In this document: piece by piece, positions 12,701 to 27,700 of the stretch
Layout: the number at the start of each line of letters is the position of its first letter
Position numbering within the stretch: the stretch's first letter is position 1
Assembly: GCA_965153285.1 (NCBI GenBank)
Contig: OZ229116.1
Reading direction: 5' to 3' (one strand)
DNA length: 64,000 bases
From: Podarcis tiliguerta
Lineage: Eukaryota
Position numbers and translations under genes: made by a program
Notes under the pieces: model-generated
The model's database searches: none
The model's input: the letters and a program-made list of their open reading frames with translations, nothing else
What the model was told of the DNA's origin: nothing

Positions 12701-15700
12701 TGATTTCATATGGAGTTCCACATGTTTACTAGCTGGCAACTCCCAATTGATGGTGCAATGTTTTCCTTAAACATTTCATTACTGCCCGCTTCACTACCTT
12801 TTGGCACTAAAAGAAGACAATCATATTTTCCTTAGTTTTTAATGGACAGTCTTATTCTTGTTGCTTTTATTGTTTTGTGGTTTAAAATTTTTATTGTTGG
12901 CTACCTTGGAAGCTAACCACGGATTATTATTATTTTTAAAAAAGCTACTGCATGTAAATAAGATGCAGAATTTTTGTAGTTTGCAATTTCATTATAAAGC
13001 TGTGTCTACAATCTTGTACATGCTCACCTGGGACTACCATTGAACTCAATGGGGCTTATTTCTGAGTAGGCATAAGATTGCCCTGTAGCAGAAGTAAAAA
13101 CATAACTGAAACTCTTTTAGTAATAATTCACTAAAATGGAGCAAGGTCCTTGAAACAGTAGGAAAAATATGTTTTAAAATTAGCAGTTTGCGTGACAGAA
13201 CAGTATGGTTTGTTAGTCTTGTTGACAGATGTTCTATTTTAATGTCATGCAGTTATATAAGTAGGTTTTAACAAATGAGGTTTTTTACTCTAGGCCAGTA
13301 ATTAAGTTATGGTTTGCAGAAGATGTGCCCATTTTGCATGGAGTACTAAATGATCTGAATAGTGTTCTTGTCCTTGGTTTGTGTATATGAAGCTGGCGCA
13401 GAACATTTGACAAGATAATAAATAAATATGTATTAATTTCCATTTTTATACCACCCACCATCATATCAGTGTCACAGCATGGGTTACAAATGAAACATCA
13501 GGCTCATAGAAATAGAGAATTGTAGAGTTGGAAGGGATCCCAAGGGTCATCTAGTTCAACCCCCTGCAATGCAGGGATCTCAACAAAAGCAACCATGACT
13601 GATGGCCATCCAACCTCTGCTTAAAAGCCTCCAAGGAAAGAGAGTCCACCACTTTCCGAGGGGATCTGTTCCACTGTCGAACAGCTTTTACCAGCAGAAA
13701 GTTTAGTCGGAATCTCCTTTCTTGTAACTTGAAGCCATTGGTTCGAGTCCTACCTTGTCTATTGAATTGTGTTTCTTTATAAAACTGCACAATGTCTTGT
13801 TTTAAATGTAACAGCTCAAATAACTAACACTGTTTAGCTTGGTTTTGGGATAGGCATGGATCTGGGCTATCAGGGAGCATTAAGATGTATTATAATTAAG
13901 TGATTATGTGCTGTGAAGACCAGGCATCATCATCATCATCATCATCATTTATTTTTACCCCGCCCATCTGGCTGGGTTTCCCCAGCCACTTTGGGTGGCT
14001 TCCAACAAAATATTAAAATACAATAGTCTATTAAACATTAAAAGCTTCCCTAAACAGGGCTGCCTTCAGGTGTCTTCTAAAAAGGCAGTGTTTTTGTCCT
14101 GCTTTTGTTTTCATATCTTGCCACAACAATGAATTTTAAACCTGTTTTCTTATAGGGATTTTTGGCTAATCAGAAGAGAGCAGAGAACTTGAAAGATCCT
14201 TCTGTATTACCCGATTTGTGCTTGAGTCATGCAAATCAATTGATGATTATGTTAACTAACCACCGGAAACTTTTAGATATTAAACAGAAATGTACTACTG
14301 CCAAACAAGAACTTGCAAATAATCTACAAGTCCGGCTGAAGTAAGTGATGCTGCTGCAGTGCTATATGCTCCTCAACCATGTTTTGTTTTGTTGTCACCA
14401 GATTGTCATGCATGCAAAACTATTAAAATTATGTTTTTATGCAGGGATGGGAAACCTCCACTTCATAATTGTCAGTAACTAAATGGCCTGCTATGTCAAG
14501 CAGAAAGATCTGTTAGCACCAATCTAAGTACTAGGTGCTAAGATTGGAGATATCTATAAAGTTTGCTCATCTCTTTTTGGGTGGGGTGGGGGCTTGCTTT
14601 TAGTCTTGTGCAAGAAAGATATTTAGTTCATATCCGACAGTCAAACCTGAATTTAGATTTAATTTTGTTAATGTGACTTATTGGGACAGTTCTGGGATCT
14701 TGAACTTGGTACGCGATGCATAAATCAACTGTATGAGAATCTTGTGTTTTGTTTTTGTATTTTTACCATGCCATTGAAGCTTGACCAATATGCCGTATAA
14801 GCAAATATAGATAGATTTGTAGAGCTGGTTTTTGGCATTCTGTATTATATTCTGGTTTTTGGTAGAAAATGAACAGAGAACTTCTCTTTTGTTTTCAAAT
14901 GAGCAAATTGATACAATTCTGGAAACAAGTTCTGGTAGAAGCATCCAGTGGAGAAATTTTATTGCTGTTAACAATTCAGTATGCTACAGTGAAACTTTGT
15001 ATTCCATAGGTGGTGCTGCTTTGTAATGCTTCATGCTGACCAGGATGGAGAGAAACTTCAAGCGTTGCTTCGTCTCGTAACAGAGCTGCTAGAAAGAGTG
15101 AAGATTGTAGAAAAGCTTAGTAATGTCCCTCAGATGTACTGCTTGGCTGTTGTTGAAGTTGTAAGGAGAAAGATGTTTGTAAAACACTACAGGGAGGTAA
15201 GCAACTTGAGTACAAAATCTAGATCTCAGATTGAAGACTTGAGGAGGGAACATGACTGTGTGTGTGTGTGTGTGTATGTTTAATATAAATATGTATTTTT
15301 TCTTATAGTGGGCTGCTGCTTTAATAAAAGATGGGAAACATCTTTATGATGCAGAAAAGGCCAAAAGGGAATCTTTTGGAAAGTTATTTAGTAAGTATTT
15401 TCTCTCTCTCTCACTCTCATTCTTAAACCTGTAATATTGATATATACACCACTTTTATCTCTGAGTAATAATTAGGTCATACATTGTGGCTACCATGTAA
15501 AGGCTATTTTAAATTGCAGCATTTTGTGACTGTTTCCGTATGTTGAACTAGTTGTGTGCAGATAAAAACTAGATCATTGCAGGGGGGGGGGGAGCTTTTG
15601 AAAACCACCACCATCCCTTCTCTTTCCTGTCTTCTCTTTTTCTTTATTGCTGTAGGCCAGGTGTGAGGAACCTGTGGTCCTCCATCTGTGGCTGAACTAC

Positions 15701-18700
15701 AGCTTGCATCACTTTTGGTCATGCTTGCTGGGACAGATGGAAATTGTAGTTTAGCAACATCTGGAGGGCCAAAGATTCTTCACAGCTGCCCTTGGACCTT
15801 CTCTCCCACCCCTCACCTGAATTATACAATGAAATAACCTTTTATGTAAAAGTTGAAAAAAGGAGATCTATAGGTATACATGGAAAAAATAAAATGAAAT
15901 TGCCCCTGTTAAATTTGCACAAATAACTTGCAGTGTAGTTCTATATTGTTCCTCTTAATAGAGTCCTGAGAAAGAACTGTTAAGAAATGCACTGGGTTCA
16001 TCCCCCCCCAAAAAAAATCCTCCCCATTTTTGTTGTTGTTTGTTTTGTTGTGTGTACACACACACATAGAGACATACATATACACATACACACACATATG
16101 TGAATAAATTAAGTAATATTTATTTCTCTGAACAGGGAAATCTTTTCTAAGAAATCGTTTGTTCAGGGGACTTGATGCCTGGCCCCCATCCTTTTGTGTG
16201 AGTACACCATGCTTTTTATTTTTAATGTAGACTTTTGGCTTTCCCCAAACACTTTGAGCAATTAGTATAATTTGAATTTAGAAGGAAGTGTGTAGCTACT
16301 TTTTGTATTAACTAGCTTGTGAAGAAGGGGGTATTTAGATTCTTGGTGGCATAGAATGATTACTCTGCCTCTTGATTTAATACTATACTTGCCCTAGAAT
16401 AATTGCTCTGGTAGCATAGATTAGTGATCTCCAGTGTAACCATTTATCTGTATATTTTCATTTAAAAGTGTAGACAAATACTTCAGGCTTATAAATAGTC
16501 TTCTGTCTGAGGCACAGAAGAAACAACCAGGTTGGGAAGCTTATCAAACATTGAATACTATTTTCTTAGAAATATCTGGTCATTTGTTTAACAAATTTAT
16601 TTGTGGACAAGCTACTTTTGTAGATTTGTTTACAAGCCTCAGATGTTCCTACTTTCAGCTGCAGCTGTTTTAGTGATCAGGAGACATTCAAGCTCCCTGC
16701 ACAGTCTTTCAGCTGATAAATGGAAATTAAAATATATCTAAATGGTCTTTATTTATAGGCTTAAAAAAATATCTCAGTTGTTGAATTTATTTTGCTATTT
16801 ATCATGTTCTCATTGATTTGTTTTACATACAGACCCGAAAACCTCGCAGGTTTGATGGTGAACTTCCTGATATCTCATTATCCGATCTGCAATTTTTGCA
16901 GTCCTTTTGTCCTTCAGAAGTCCAACCATTACTCAGGTAAAATGAGTTCCTAAGCATGTGGGCAAGCAGAAAATAGATTGGGATCTACTGCTAGATCTCT
17001 GGGCAATTTGTAGTAGATTGGCAGTGGTTCCCATAACAATAAGCTAGTAAAATTGTAGTAAGGTGGCTCAGAGAAAAAAATAATATCTGCCTTAGCTAGC
17101 CTTGCTTTATAGTATTCATTTATTTCCTTTGGCCAGGTATTTGTATGGTTTGGTGACCTAGTTTTAGAGGCTGTTAGAATCCCTGATCTTTAGCAATTAG
17201 GGTTCAAACTGAACACTTTTGTGGCAGCAGGACTTTTCATGATAGCACAGGATTGCCCTCCTTTGAATAACTGGTAAGACAGAGACAGTTGTGAACTTTT
17301 AAACATCTTTAAAATGTCTGCCCATGCTTTTGGGACTCTTGGCTCTTGATTTTTATGTATATTTTTGTTTTGTGCATGGTTTGGTTTTATCTGTGATAAT
17401 ACAGTTGTGTTTTGTCATTTTTAACTTAGAGTTTGTAAATTTTGTTGAATATTGTGTTGTTTTATGTAAATCATAGAATCATAGAACTGTAGAATTGGAA
17501 GGGATCACGAGGGTCATCTAGTCCAAACCCCTTGCAATGTTTGCCCAACGTGGGACTCAAACCCACGACCGCTAAACTACTTAAAGATTTTGAATATGCT
17601 AAGTGGTATATTTTTATATATAAATATTCTTAAATGCAGTTAACACTTGTAATCTGTTAATATCTGTTTAATGTAATCTGTGTTAATTACTCTGTATTTT
17701 TAAGGGTTCCTATACTTTGTGATTTCGAACCTCTCCACCAGCATGTACTTGCTCTACATAATCTGGTCAAAGCAGCACAAAGTTTGGATGAAATGTCACA
17801 GACCATTACAGATCTGCTGAATGAACAAAAGGTACCATTGTATTATATGTGTGACTTTATATATGGGTAGATTGTTGAATGCCAATCCTAAACACAATTA
17901 CATAGAAATTAACTAAGTTGTGAAGTGAATCGGTGAGGAATATTTCTGAGAAACAAGAACAAGAAAAAGTGAACAAGAACAAAAAAAAGTTGCTTCTCAC
18001 ATCCTCGGCCTTTCCTGAGAGTACTCAAACTTTCAGTAGATCTTTCTTGTGGAGTGTCTCTTCTCTCTACAAGAAGGCAAACTGCCTGCAGTTGGCAGCT
18101 TATTGTCCATACTTTATATAATATCGCAATCAACTGCCCTAAAATTTTTGATTGAGAAACTAGGAGAGTTCGATCCTTTGAATCTTAGCATTTTGCTAAA
18201 CAGACCTTTTTAAATGCTTTCCTATTTTTTTGTAAAGTTAACACAACTTATTGGACATACTGGAACAGTCAGCTAAAAGTTGCTTTCCCTAACCTCCAAA
18301 GATATTTTGTGGTGCTTAAATGTTGGGTTTCTGAAGTACCTAGGACCTCTTATTCTTAACATTTATTTGAAGTAACATACTTAATCACAAAACGTTTCAG
18401 GTTTAAACATAGTTAAGTGTCAGTTATGTATTTCTGAAAGCATCTGTTGCAAATCCGTGAGCTTGTCACCTCATCAGGGGTCCGTCCTTTGATTGTATAT
18501 TACACCACCCTTCTTAGAAAGGTAACATATGGAGAGACTTAAATCAAGGAGAAAATTTGTAAAATATTTATCTTGGTGTTCTTTTTCAGTGCATTGTTAT
18601 AGGGGCTGCTTCTGTTCATATTTCTGCTTCTCAGGATATTTTTTTTTCTTGGGAATTTACTATTGATATTAATTGGAAAGCATTTTGCTACAAGCCTAAA

Positions 18701-21700
18701 TTAGGCTTGCATGGCTAATACTGGAAATATTTTTCTTTAAAATACTAATTGAATGGAAAGAAAATGTGATACTGAAGCAGAATCCACTAGTTATAGTGTG
18801 CTTTTTCTGAACTCAGTCTTTGCACCTTGTTTTGTCAACACAGCATAAAAGCTGAATAAACAATTAATTTAAGGAGATACAGCTTGAAAGAAACTAAGGT
18901 AGAAATTACAGAGAGTGATCATGGCTAGATTTCATTCATATCTTTGTGTTATGTGATTCACTTATTAAATAAAATTGTACTTCCATAAATGCATAAATTA
19001 CTGGGCAAATCCCAGTAATTCAGAGTAATGTAATTTACCATCTGACAAGTATTTCAGGACCTCTATCATACACTAATTATAACCAGTTTGCTACATAATG
19101 TTCTAGCACAGGAGCAGGCAACCTTTGTTGTGGGTTGCATGCTGGTGGTCGATAGAGCCAGAGACAAAAATGTTCTAAATTAACTGATTCAGAATAAAGG
19201 CCGCCCTGCCACAAATAGCATTATGGCTACCTCAGATTAGAATTCCTAGTCTTCTACAAGTGTACTCAGAAGTAAACCCCACTGGTTTTGATGTTAGTTC
19301 TCAATACATATAAAAACATTTGTTTTTAGTGCAACAAGCATATAGTTTCCAGGCCCTTTTTATAAAGGAAGTAAAAATAATTCCCATTTTACTTCGGCAT
19401 ACTATGCACACACATACACACAGAACTAGAGCATAAGCATACCAATTTATTTTTGGACAGCTTGGAAGGGGGGTTATTTTCTCCAAAGCATGCAAGCAGG
19501 AAAAAAGTTGTTTAAAAATTCCTTTATGTTTTATCAGATAAAATACTGTCCGTTTCAAATATTCTGAAATGATATAAAAGTGGAGGGGGCGGGGGGGAGA
19601 GAGAAATTAAACTAGGAACAAATGAATGAAACAGAATGAAAGGAACTCTGATGGGATGCAAGAATGAGGCAGCTTCAGAAGGTGCATCAAATGAGATTGG
19701 GGTACTGATTTGCTGGTGTGCCCTGGATTAACCATGGTTTTCCTTTCTGCTACCTATAGCTGCCAGTACGATGTCATAAGGTTTTATGAATTCCTCCTTC
19801 TCTAATGTGAAATCCTGCCACATGTATGGAGCCCACTCGAGGCCTATCTTAGGAATTGTTTACGTTTATGGAATGATAGTATTTTAACTCTGGCCTGTGT
19901 TTTATACTTTTAGGCTTCCAACAGTCAAGCCTCACCACAGTCTGTCACTACACCAAGGATGGAAAGTACAACAATTGCTACCTCTCCTAGAACTCCACCA
20001 CCGCTCAGTCTTCATGGTCCTTTGTGCCCTCCTGTGTGCCCCCCAGGTCCTTTAGAAGAATTGTCTCCAGACAGTATTGATGCTCATACATTTGACTTTG
20101 AAACGATTGCCCATCCAAGCATTGAACAAGCCCTTAAGCAAGGGTCATTAGACTTGGACTCACTGGCAGAAAGTCCAGAATCTGATTTTATGTCAGCTGT
20201 TAATGAGTTCATAATAGAAGAAAACCTAACGTCACCGAATGTGATAAGTGATCCTCAAAGTCCAGAAATGATGGTGGAATCTCTCTATTCCTCAGTCATC
20301 AATGCAATTGACAGCAGGCGGATGCAAGACACAAATATACGTGCAAAAGCGGAAGCTTTAGAAAATTCTGCTATAAATGTTTATATGGAAAAATGTAGAG
20401 ATGTTGCCGAGGAATCTCGGTTAAATTTAATAAACATAAAAGAAGACCTTTGTCATTTTAGAACATTTGTAGAAAAAGAACAATGTGACCTTTCCAGTTC
20501 TTTAAAATGTACTTCAATAGAAATAAAGAATATTATAGAAAAAGTAAAATTTTCTCTTGAAAAAACGCTAAAAGATAAACACCAGAAAGAGCTGCAGTTG
20601 GTAAAAACTGAATATGAAAGCAAAATGAATACTTTAGTTGAAGATGGTGAAGAGAACAAAAAAAAGATCACAAAATTAAAAGGTGATTTAAAAGGTCTTG
20701 AAGATGTTTTGCATGATAAAGATAATGAATTTGCAATAGTAAAGAATGAAAAGGAAGCAGTTGTGTTTTTACAAAATGAAAAGGAGCAAAAATTGCTTGA
20801 ATTGGAAAGTCAAATGAAGAATCAGAGTTGTGAAATTAAAGAACTGAGAGAGTCACGTGAAAGGGTGATGGAGAGTTTGAAAAAACTTCATACTGAAAAC
20901 GATGAAAAAATGCAGCTTCTGAGAGCAGAACTTCAGACTTTGGAGCAAGATCACTTAAAGGAACTGGAATCCAATCTGCAGGAAAGACATACACAAGAAT
21001 TTGATGAACTAATGGCTAAACACAATGATTGCTTAGAGGAGTTGAAAAAGGAGAATAAACTCCGACTTGAACAAATGCAAGAAACTCATGCTGCAAATGT
21101 CCATGAGAAAGAACAACAGATTGAGGAATTAAAGGTCAAGGTTTCTGAACTGTCTGACTTAAGATGCAAATTAGAGGTTGAACTTGCACTGAAAGAGGCA
21201 GAAACAGATGAAATGAAAATACTTTTAGAAGAAAACAAAACCCAACAGCAAGATAATCTAAAAAGTCTTATTGACAAGGAAACTGAAATGTTAAGAAAAC
21301 AGATTGATAATTTGAACCATGTAATACAAATTAATAATGATGAATATCAGGTGGGTCTAGCAGAGCTAAGAACTTTAATGACAATTGAGAAAGATCAGTG
21401 CATTTCAGAATTAATTGATAGGCATGAAGAAGAAACAAATTTGCTTAGAACTGAATTAAGTAAAGTAACTTCTTTGCACCAACAAGCTCTTGAAGCAGAA
21501 AAAAGATTGGAAGAACAAATAACAGGGTTGCAAGGTAAGCTAGAATTGGAAGTCAGTGCCCTAGAAAAGCAAAAAGAAGAAAATTTGGTATTGTGTGAAC
21601 AGCAAAAGAAATATGAAGCCACTATCAGTAAGTTTGCAGAAGAAAAAGAGCTACTATTAACTAATCATGAACAGGACAGGAAACTGCTTGTTCAAAAGCT

Positions 21701-24700
21701 CAACTGTGAAAAAGAAGATGCAGTCCGAAATGCCCTTAAAGAATTTGAATTGCAAAGGGAAGCTGTTGAAAAAGAACTTTTGGGGAAAATCCAGCAACTA
21801 GAGATGCAAGTTAATCAGAGGTACTGTATGAATTAAGTTGCCCTCTAATGCTTGAAATAAAATAAACCAACAGTGCTTAATATAATTTGTAGTCAGTTGA
21901 GTAAGTGCAGTCTCAAACTATAGAAGGTTTTCTCTATTCTTGGATTAATGGTTCCTGCTCTTGCTCAGATGCATCTTGTCTCCTTAGATATCTTTATCCT
22001 TTCCCCTCGTTCAAACCAGTCCCTAATTCCATCATTACATGACTTATGCTCAGGAGCACGTAGTTCTTTTTCTATTGAACTTCTGTATTCTAGCTAGTAA
22101 GTATACATTGTGATTGCAAAAATGCTGAGCTTTTCTGCTTCTTTTTAGATAGTTCAAGCTCCTGAGTTGAGGACTTCATTCAAACCTCCTTTTCACATCT
22201 TCCTGTTGGGTGTAGATTTTTTCTTTTTCTTTTTCATCTTCCAATGGATAGGTGGACCTAAATCAATCAAGCACCCCATGAAATTGGTGTCCCTATGTTA
22301 AACACAAGCTGTGTGTAAGAAAGAATTTAAAAATTACCTTTCCCCTAGGGTGAAAAGTTGCTGGATAGGAGAAGCACCTTCACACAATCTTGCAGCATTA
22401 ATCAAGCACAATGTGCATTATTTTAAAACTGTCACATCTAAATTCAAAATTCTTTTTTATTGATAGGGCAGAATCCCTCATTTTTCTAGTAAAGGAATCT
22501 CCCCATAGTGAAAGGGAACCTTTAGATCCAGCTCATAATGTTTATTGATCATGAAGGGGAGTTTGCACTGAATGCCAGATGGAAGTGATGCATCTGTCCA
22601 AGCTGAGCAGACTGAATTCCTTAAGTGAATGATGGAAGAATATTTCTGTTTTTTAAGATCAGTCATTGACAGCATAAAGTGATATTCATAACAATGTTTC
22701 TGGCTGCGCACAAATAGCTTTAAGAGTCACTGAGTTTTACAATTGAGATTCTGGCTTTTTAAAATTTGATTTTAATGGGAAAGCAGCATGGGGGAGTTTT
22801 TAAAAATCAGTCTGGCAGTTTATCAGGGACAAAATACTACACAAAGTGCTCTTAAAATATAACTATAGGGCTGCTTAAAAACCGTGGCACTTGTTTTTGT
22901 TCCTATTCACAGGACTCATTTATTCCACAGATATCTTTTAGGAATTAGGTTTTTTAAAAAAGATTTTGAAGCTGCCCTATCCAAGAGTGAAATTGAACTT
23001 TTGATTGATGGATGGAATTTGAACACTCCACATAGGCCTGGTTCTCCCTCTCCACCCCTCTTGTTACCCATAAAAGGAGACCAAAAACTTCTGGTTTAAA
23101 TTTAAACAGTATCTTCGGAACTCTTAAGAACTGTAATTTGTTTTAAACTTTGGTTAATGAAAATAAGCGAAGGTTAAACTGTGGCTTCTCAAGCTGTCAT
23201 TTAAGCAAACTACCTTTATTTGAGTTTGGATGTCACAGGGAACCACTGTTATTTTAAAATGGAAAATTGTAGGGAGAGGAGAGTGTAGAAGCCCAAGCCT
23301 CAATACAGTCCATTTTTCAGCAACAAGCTGTGGTTTCTCGTTACTTCTAACAGAGCCATACAGTGAACTGTTCCTGAAGGGTTGCCATGTTAGTCAGATG
23401 GCGGACTCTGGTTCATGAAAACGAATACAACAGCAATATTAATAGTCTTTAAAGTGGCACAAAAATACGTTTGTTTACCTAAGCACAGTTCTGAGTACTG
23501 AACAGTGTTAAAATTGGAACACAAGATTCTAAGAACGTTCATAGTGTGCATAATTTGCATTCAAGGAACCCAGTAACAGACTTTTCCAGAATTAGATACC
23601 TGTTTACCAAAAGTACTTCAGGCTTCATTTCCTACCTTTTGAAGCATATAGTAGCAAAATAATAGTGGTAACCGTTTCAGCTTTTCTATAAGTAAAGTGA
23701 TTAGTGGAGCAGCTGATATTTTATTTCTGGGAGGCCTGAAGTGACTTTACAAAGATCACTGGACACCACAATGTCACAACCAAAACAAAACCCAGATATT
23801 TGAAAAACATAAGATGCTGAAAATCTGGCAAATGTATTCACTTCTACAGTTCAGAAGTAGCCTGAAGTAAAATTATGTTCTAAACAGGTTCTTTGTACAT
23901 ATGACCTATGTTCTTTTCCTCAAATGAAATACCATGGGCCATCTTCAAATGTGATGTGATATCGAGCTAAGTATTTATGCTTGTTATAATTACTAATTTT
24001 CAGTAGTGAAGATACGTTGTTAAAAATTATGCAGTCTAATGATGTCCTATATTTATTTTATGGCTGTTACGCCATTTGTGATGGTCAATGTATATAAATT
24101 AGACATTTATGCTCATGCATTGAATACATGCAGTGCTCATGCCTGAAGGGGCATTCCTCAGGAAATTTGAAAGCACTATGTACAATTGCTTACTTGCAAC
24201 TGAAAGAGCTCTTTTGTTGTTCGCTTCATTAGATAGCATATAGAAGAGCAATTACATATATGTCTGTAAGTAGTAATCAGGCTTGTTAAAATTGATTACC
24301 TAGGGTGTGGGGATGTTGAGGGTCTAAATCCAGGCATGCTGATCTTCCAACACGTGATCACTAGTAGCATGGTTATTATGTGGGCCGGGGGCGGGGGGTG
24401 GCAGCAGTGGAAGAAGGAGAAGAAGAAACAGAAGTGTATGCATAGGTGTGTGTTTTTTCCAGCCAAGTTTCTCTGGACAGAAGAATTTGCTTGCAATGAG
24501 TAAAAACATGGGCTACAAATCCAAGAAGCTGTTTTGGCTCATACAAGGGGCTTCTACTAGCTTAGTGGAAAACTCAACTGTTTTTTTCTTTAAACAGATG
24601 ACCCACACAGCCGAATGCAATACCACCGACTGCATTTCAGTTTTTTATTAATGGGGGAATAGAGAGAAGGGCTTTGGAGGAAAATATTAATGAGTGAACG

Positions 24701-27700
24701 TGTTCACATGCGATCAGGCTATTCCTCAGACTACAAGCCGTGTGTGGCTTTATAGGTTAAGTCAGCATTGTTGTTGTTTTTTTAATTGAGCTAGGGAAAC
24801 TAGTTTAAACCAAAGAAATCTATTATTCTCAATGGTCTTGGTGATCTATTTTGGAATAGTTGAGATCCTCCAAGTAGTCTTCAGAGGCAGCCACATGTAC
24901 AACACCTTGTAGTTTACACACTGGATGATATTAGAGCTTGAATTACCCAGTCTTTGTCCACCAAGGAGTTCTGCCACTCACAACACTAGTGATGTGGGGT
25001 GGGTATTTTTCCATGGCAAAAAATGCTTGTTTTGTAAGTTGTTTATTAACAATGAATTGATGCCAATTGAAAATAAATATTAGACAAGCTTGGCAGTTTC
25101 ATTTTTTAGCTTTGTTTATGAAATACCAAAAAAAGAAACCACACATCCACCAATGCAAAATTAGATCATATACCTAGGGCATACTTTGTTTTTGAAAATG
25201 CAGATTACCCTAATTTTCATAGAAAATCTTACAATTCAGTGGTATCTGGACAACCCACAAAACTGTGCAGCAGCCTCAGGTACTTTGTACCACAGATGTC
25301 ACAGGCTGTTAAGTAAGTGGCAGATCTTACAGCACTCCAAAGCTACAAAATGTGCCGTAAGGAAAAGTGTAACCCAGTCCAGCACAGGTGGACAATGTAT
25401 TCTACTCCAAAGAAAATCTCACAGGCTTCCATCCACCCCACCCAACTCATATGGACCCTGCACTCACAACCTTGACATTATTAGCCCAACAACTCTGACC
25501 TACTCAGCTAGCTAGACTTTGACTTCCTCCATCTCCATTCAAAGTATTTTCTTCCATGAGTCAATAGTTTCTTCAACATGAATAATGAAAAGTGAGTCTA
25601 AGATAGCTTTATTAATGATCAACTACTTAGTTGTTTTCAAGGTTCTTTAGCTAATACTTTATATGTACTTTATGTTGGTTTTAGTATGGATTTAAGTTTT
25701 TTCTGTTGACAATGTAAGTCTTTTTGACCGTGTAAATTAAAGTATTATGGGTTAATGAAGTAAAGGTTTTTTAAAACCACAGCAGCAGCAACAACAACAA
25801 ACTAGCAATCCAAGACATTATCTACTCAAAACTTACATGCAGGTCAAGTCAGACATAATGATTTTCTTTAGGCACCCTGCATTTTTCTCTTTGTGTGGAA
25901 CTTTTCACATAATGCAGTCTGGGCCATGGACTGCCACAGGAACTTTCTTCAGTGATCTTGTTAGTAGTTGAGCCAGCTTTTCCATCTAGGGTGAAATTTT
26001 ATGCAGTCATCCTCTGTATAGACACAAAGTGGTGGTTGGCGGGGGGGGGGGGGGATATGAAAATGTATTGTTCTCCCTGCACATGGGCAACCCCATGCCT
26101 TTTAATCAGCAAAGAGCGAGTTCAGAGTCCAGGGGGATAGGATAGATGCAAGGGAGATTTTATTTTATATAAATCTGTATATATCTGTCTATACTTTCTT
26201 TTACTTGGGGGGGGGGGTAACTCTCTGTTCTTTTGCTCCATTCCAAGAGTACACAACTTTAGACCACTTGATGCAGGAGTAATCTGGGGTGCTTGCTAGG
26301 GATAAAGGCAATCCAAAGCTTTTGGGGCATGGTTGAGTGGAGCCAGTGCCCCCATGGCAAAGATCCTTGAGTATCTGTCTGCTCACCACTCCTCTTGGCC
26401 AGAGGAAAATATTATTTGTCCCTATCCACAAGGATGTGCACCAACAAGATCAGGGACTAACATCACCAGGAAACCCTTGGAATACTTTGCTTAGAAGGTT
26501 AAAGCACTGTGCTCTGTAGAGATAGTCCAAGGCTATTGTTGGGGACAAATAGAGGAGGAAGAGAAGAAGCCAGGCTCAGGCAACTGTTCAGGTAAAGACT
26601 AACCTATCGGCATACGTATATATAGTTGGGTGCAGGAATGCCTGGAGGAGGGGGGACAGGTGGGAATGCGGTGGGACAATACAGCTTCCAGTTTCTCTCA
26701 TGTCTGCAACTGGGTGTGCTAAGCACTAGAAGCAAATAGTGGTGAGCCATTGTTTGCTTAGAGGGTCATATTAGGACTGAAAGGAGGCCAGTTCCAAGAT
26801 CACTGGCAGATATTGAGTCCGTCTGACATACCTCACAGAGTTGTTATGAGGAGGGAAAGGAACTATGCATGCTGGAGGAAGGGCAGGGTTTATTTTTAAC
26901 CAGGATTCCTCGTTTGAACATAATGCTAGGCTGAGATTCTTTGAAAGTAACCTTGGCAGAAGTCCTGGAATTAGGAGAAAGGGGAGGCACATGGATTTTG
27001 TTTCTTATCTGGAAATAAACACAGAGTTGCAGCCTTATTTTGTAGATTATAGAACTTGTTTTTTTAAATCAAGCTTTATTATATTCTCAGGGGATTGTGG
27101 AAGGGATTTATTGGTACCAAAGTTTTAAAAGCAAAAGTAGTACATTTTCAGTTGTTGGGGATCAAGCCAGTTTGTGAGGCATGGCCACATCAAGGCATAA
27201 TGTGCTTAGTGCCAAGTTGTTTCACCATATTTAAAATTCTAAATGTAATTTTCATGAGTTGAGTTTGTTGAATTGCATGGGAATTGTGTAATACCGGACT
27301 GAAGTGTTTCCACACTATCATCTCAGTAAGCTGAGAGTTTTTACTGTGTAATTGAAATGACTTGCTTAATATGTTACTTTACAAGTAGAATAATTTAGCT
27401 GTCTTAACATATGAGAAATGAATCTTGGAGAATATTCAAGAAAGACAGTATTGGAAGCAGATCCATTTCTTACAGAGTTTTCCCCATCTCTTTATTAAAA
27501 CAAGAATATACATTGTGCTCCCTATGTGGCATGTCAAGACCATCGTGTAACGTGTCTGTAGCTGGATTATTTTGCATTTGAATAATGCTGGTGGTGTACC
27601 TGATTCCCAAAGGCTCCCCTGCCTGCTATTGTCGTAGGATATATTTAGACAGCTATTAATTTCTCTGACTTTAGAGCAGCAAATTGCTTGATAGTGAATT

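Noticed and set aside
20453-21622. Minus-strand ORFs of 63-75 aa rich in Ser/Phe
   Set aside because: Antisense shadows of the Glu/Lys-rich RB1CC1 coiled-coil exon.
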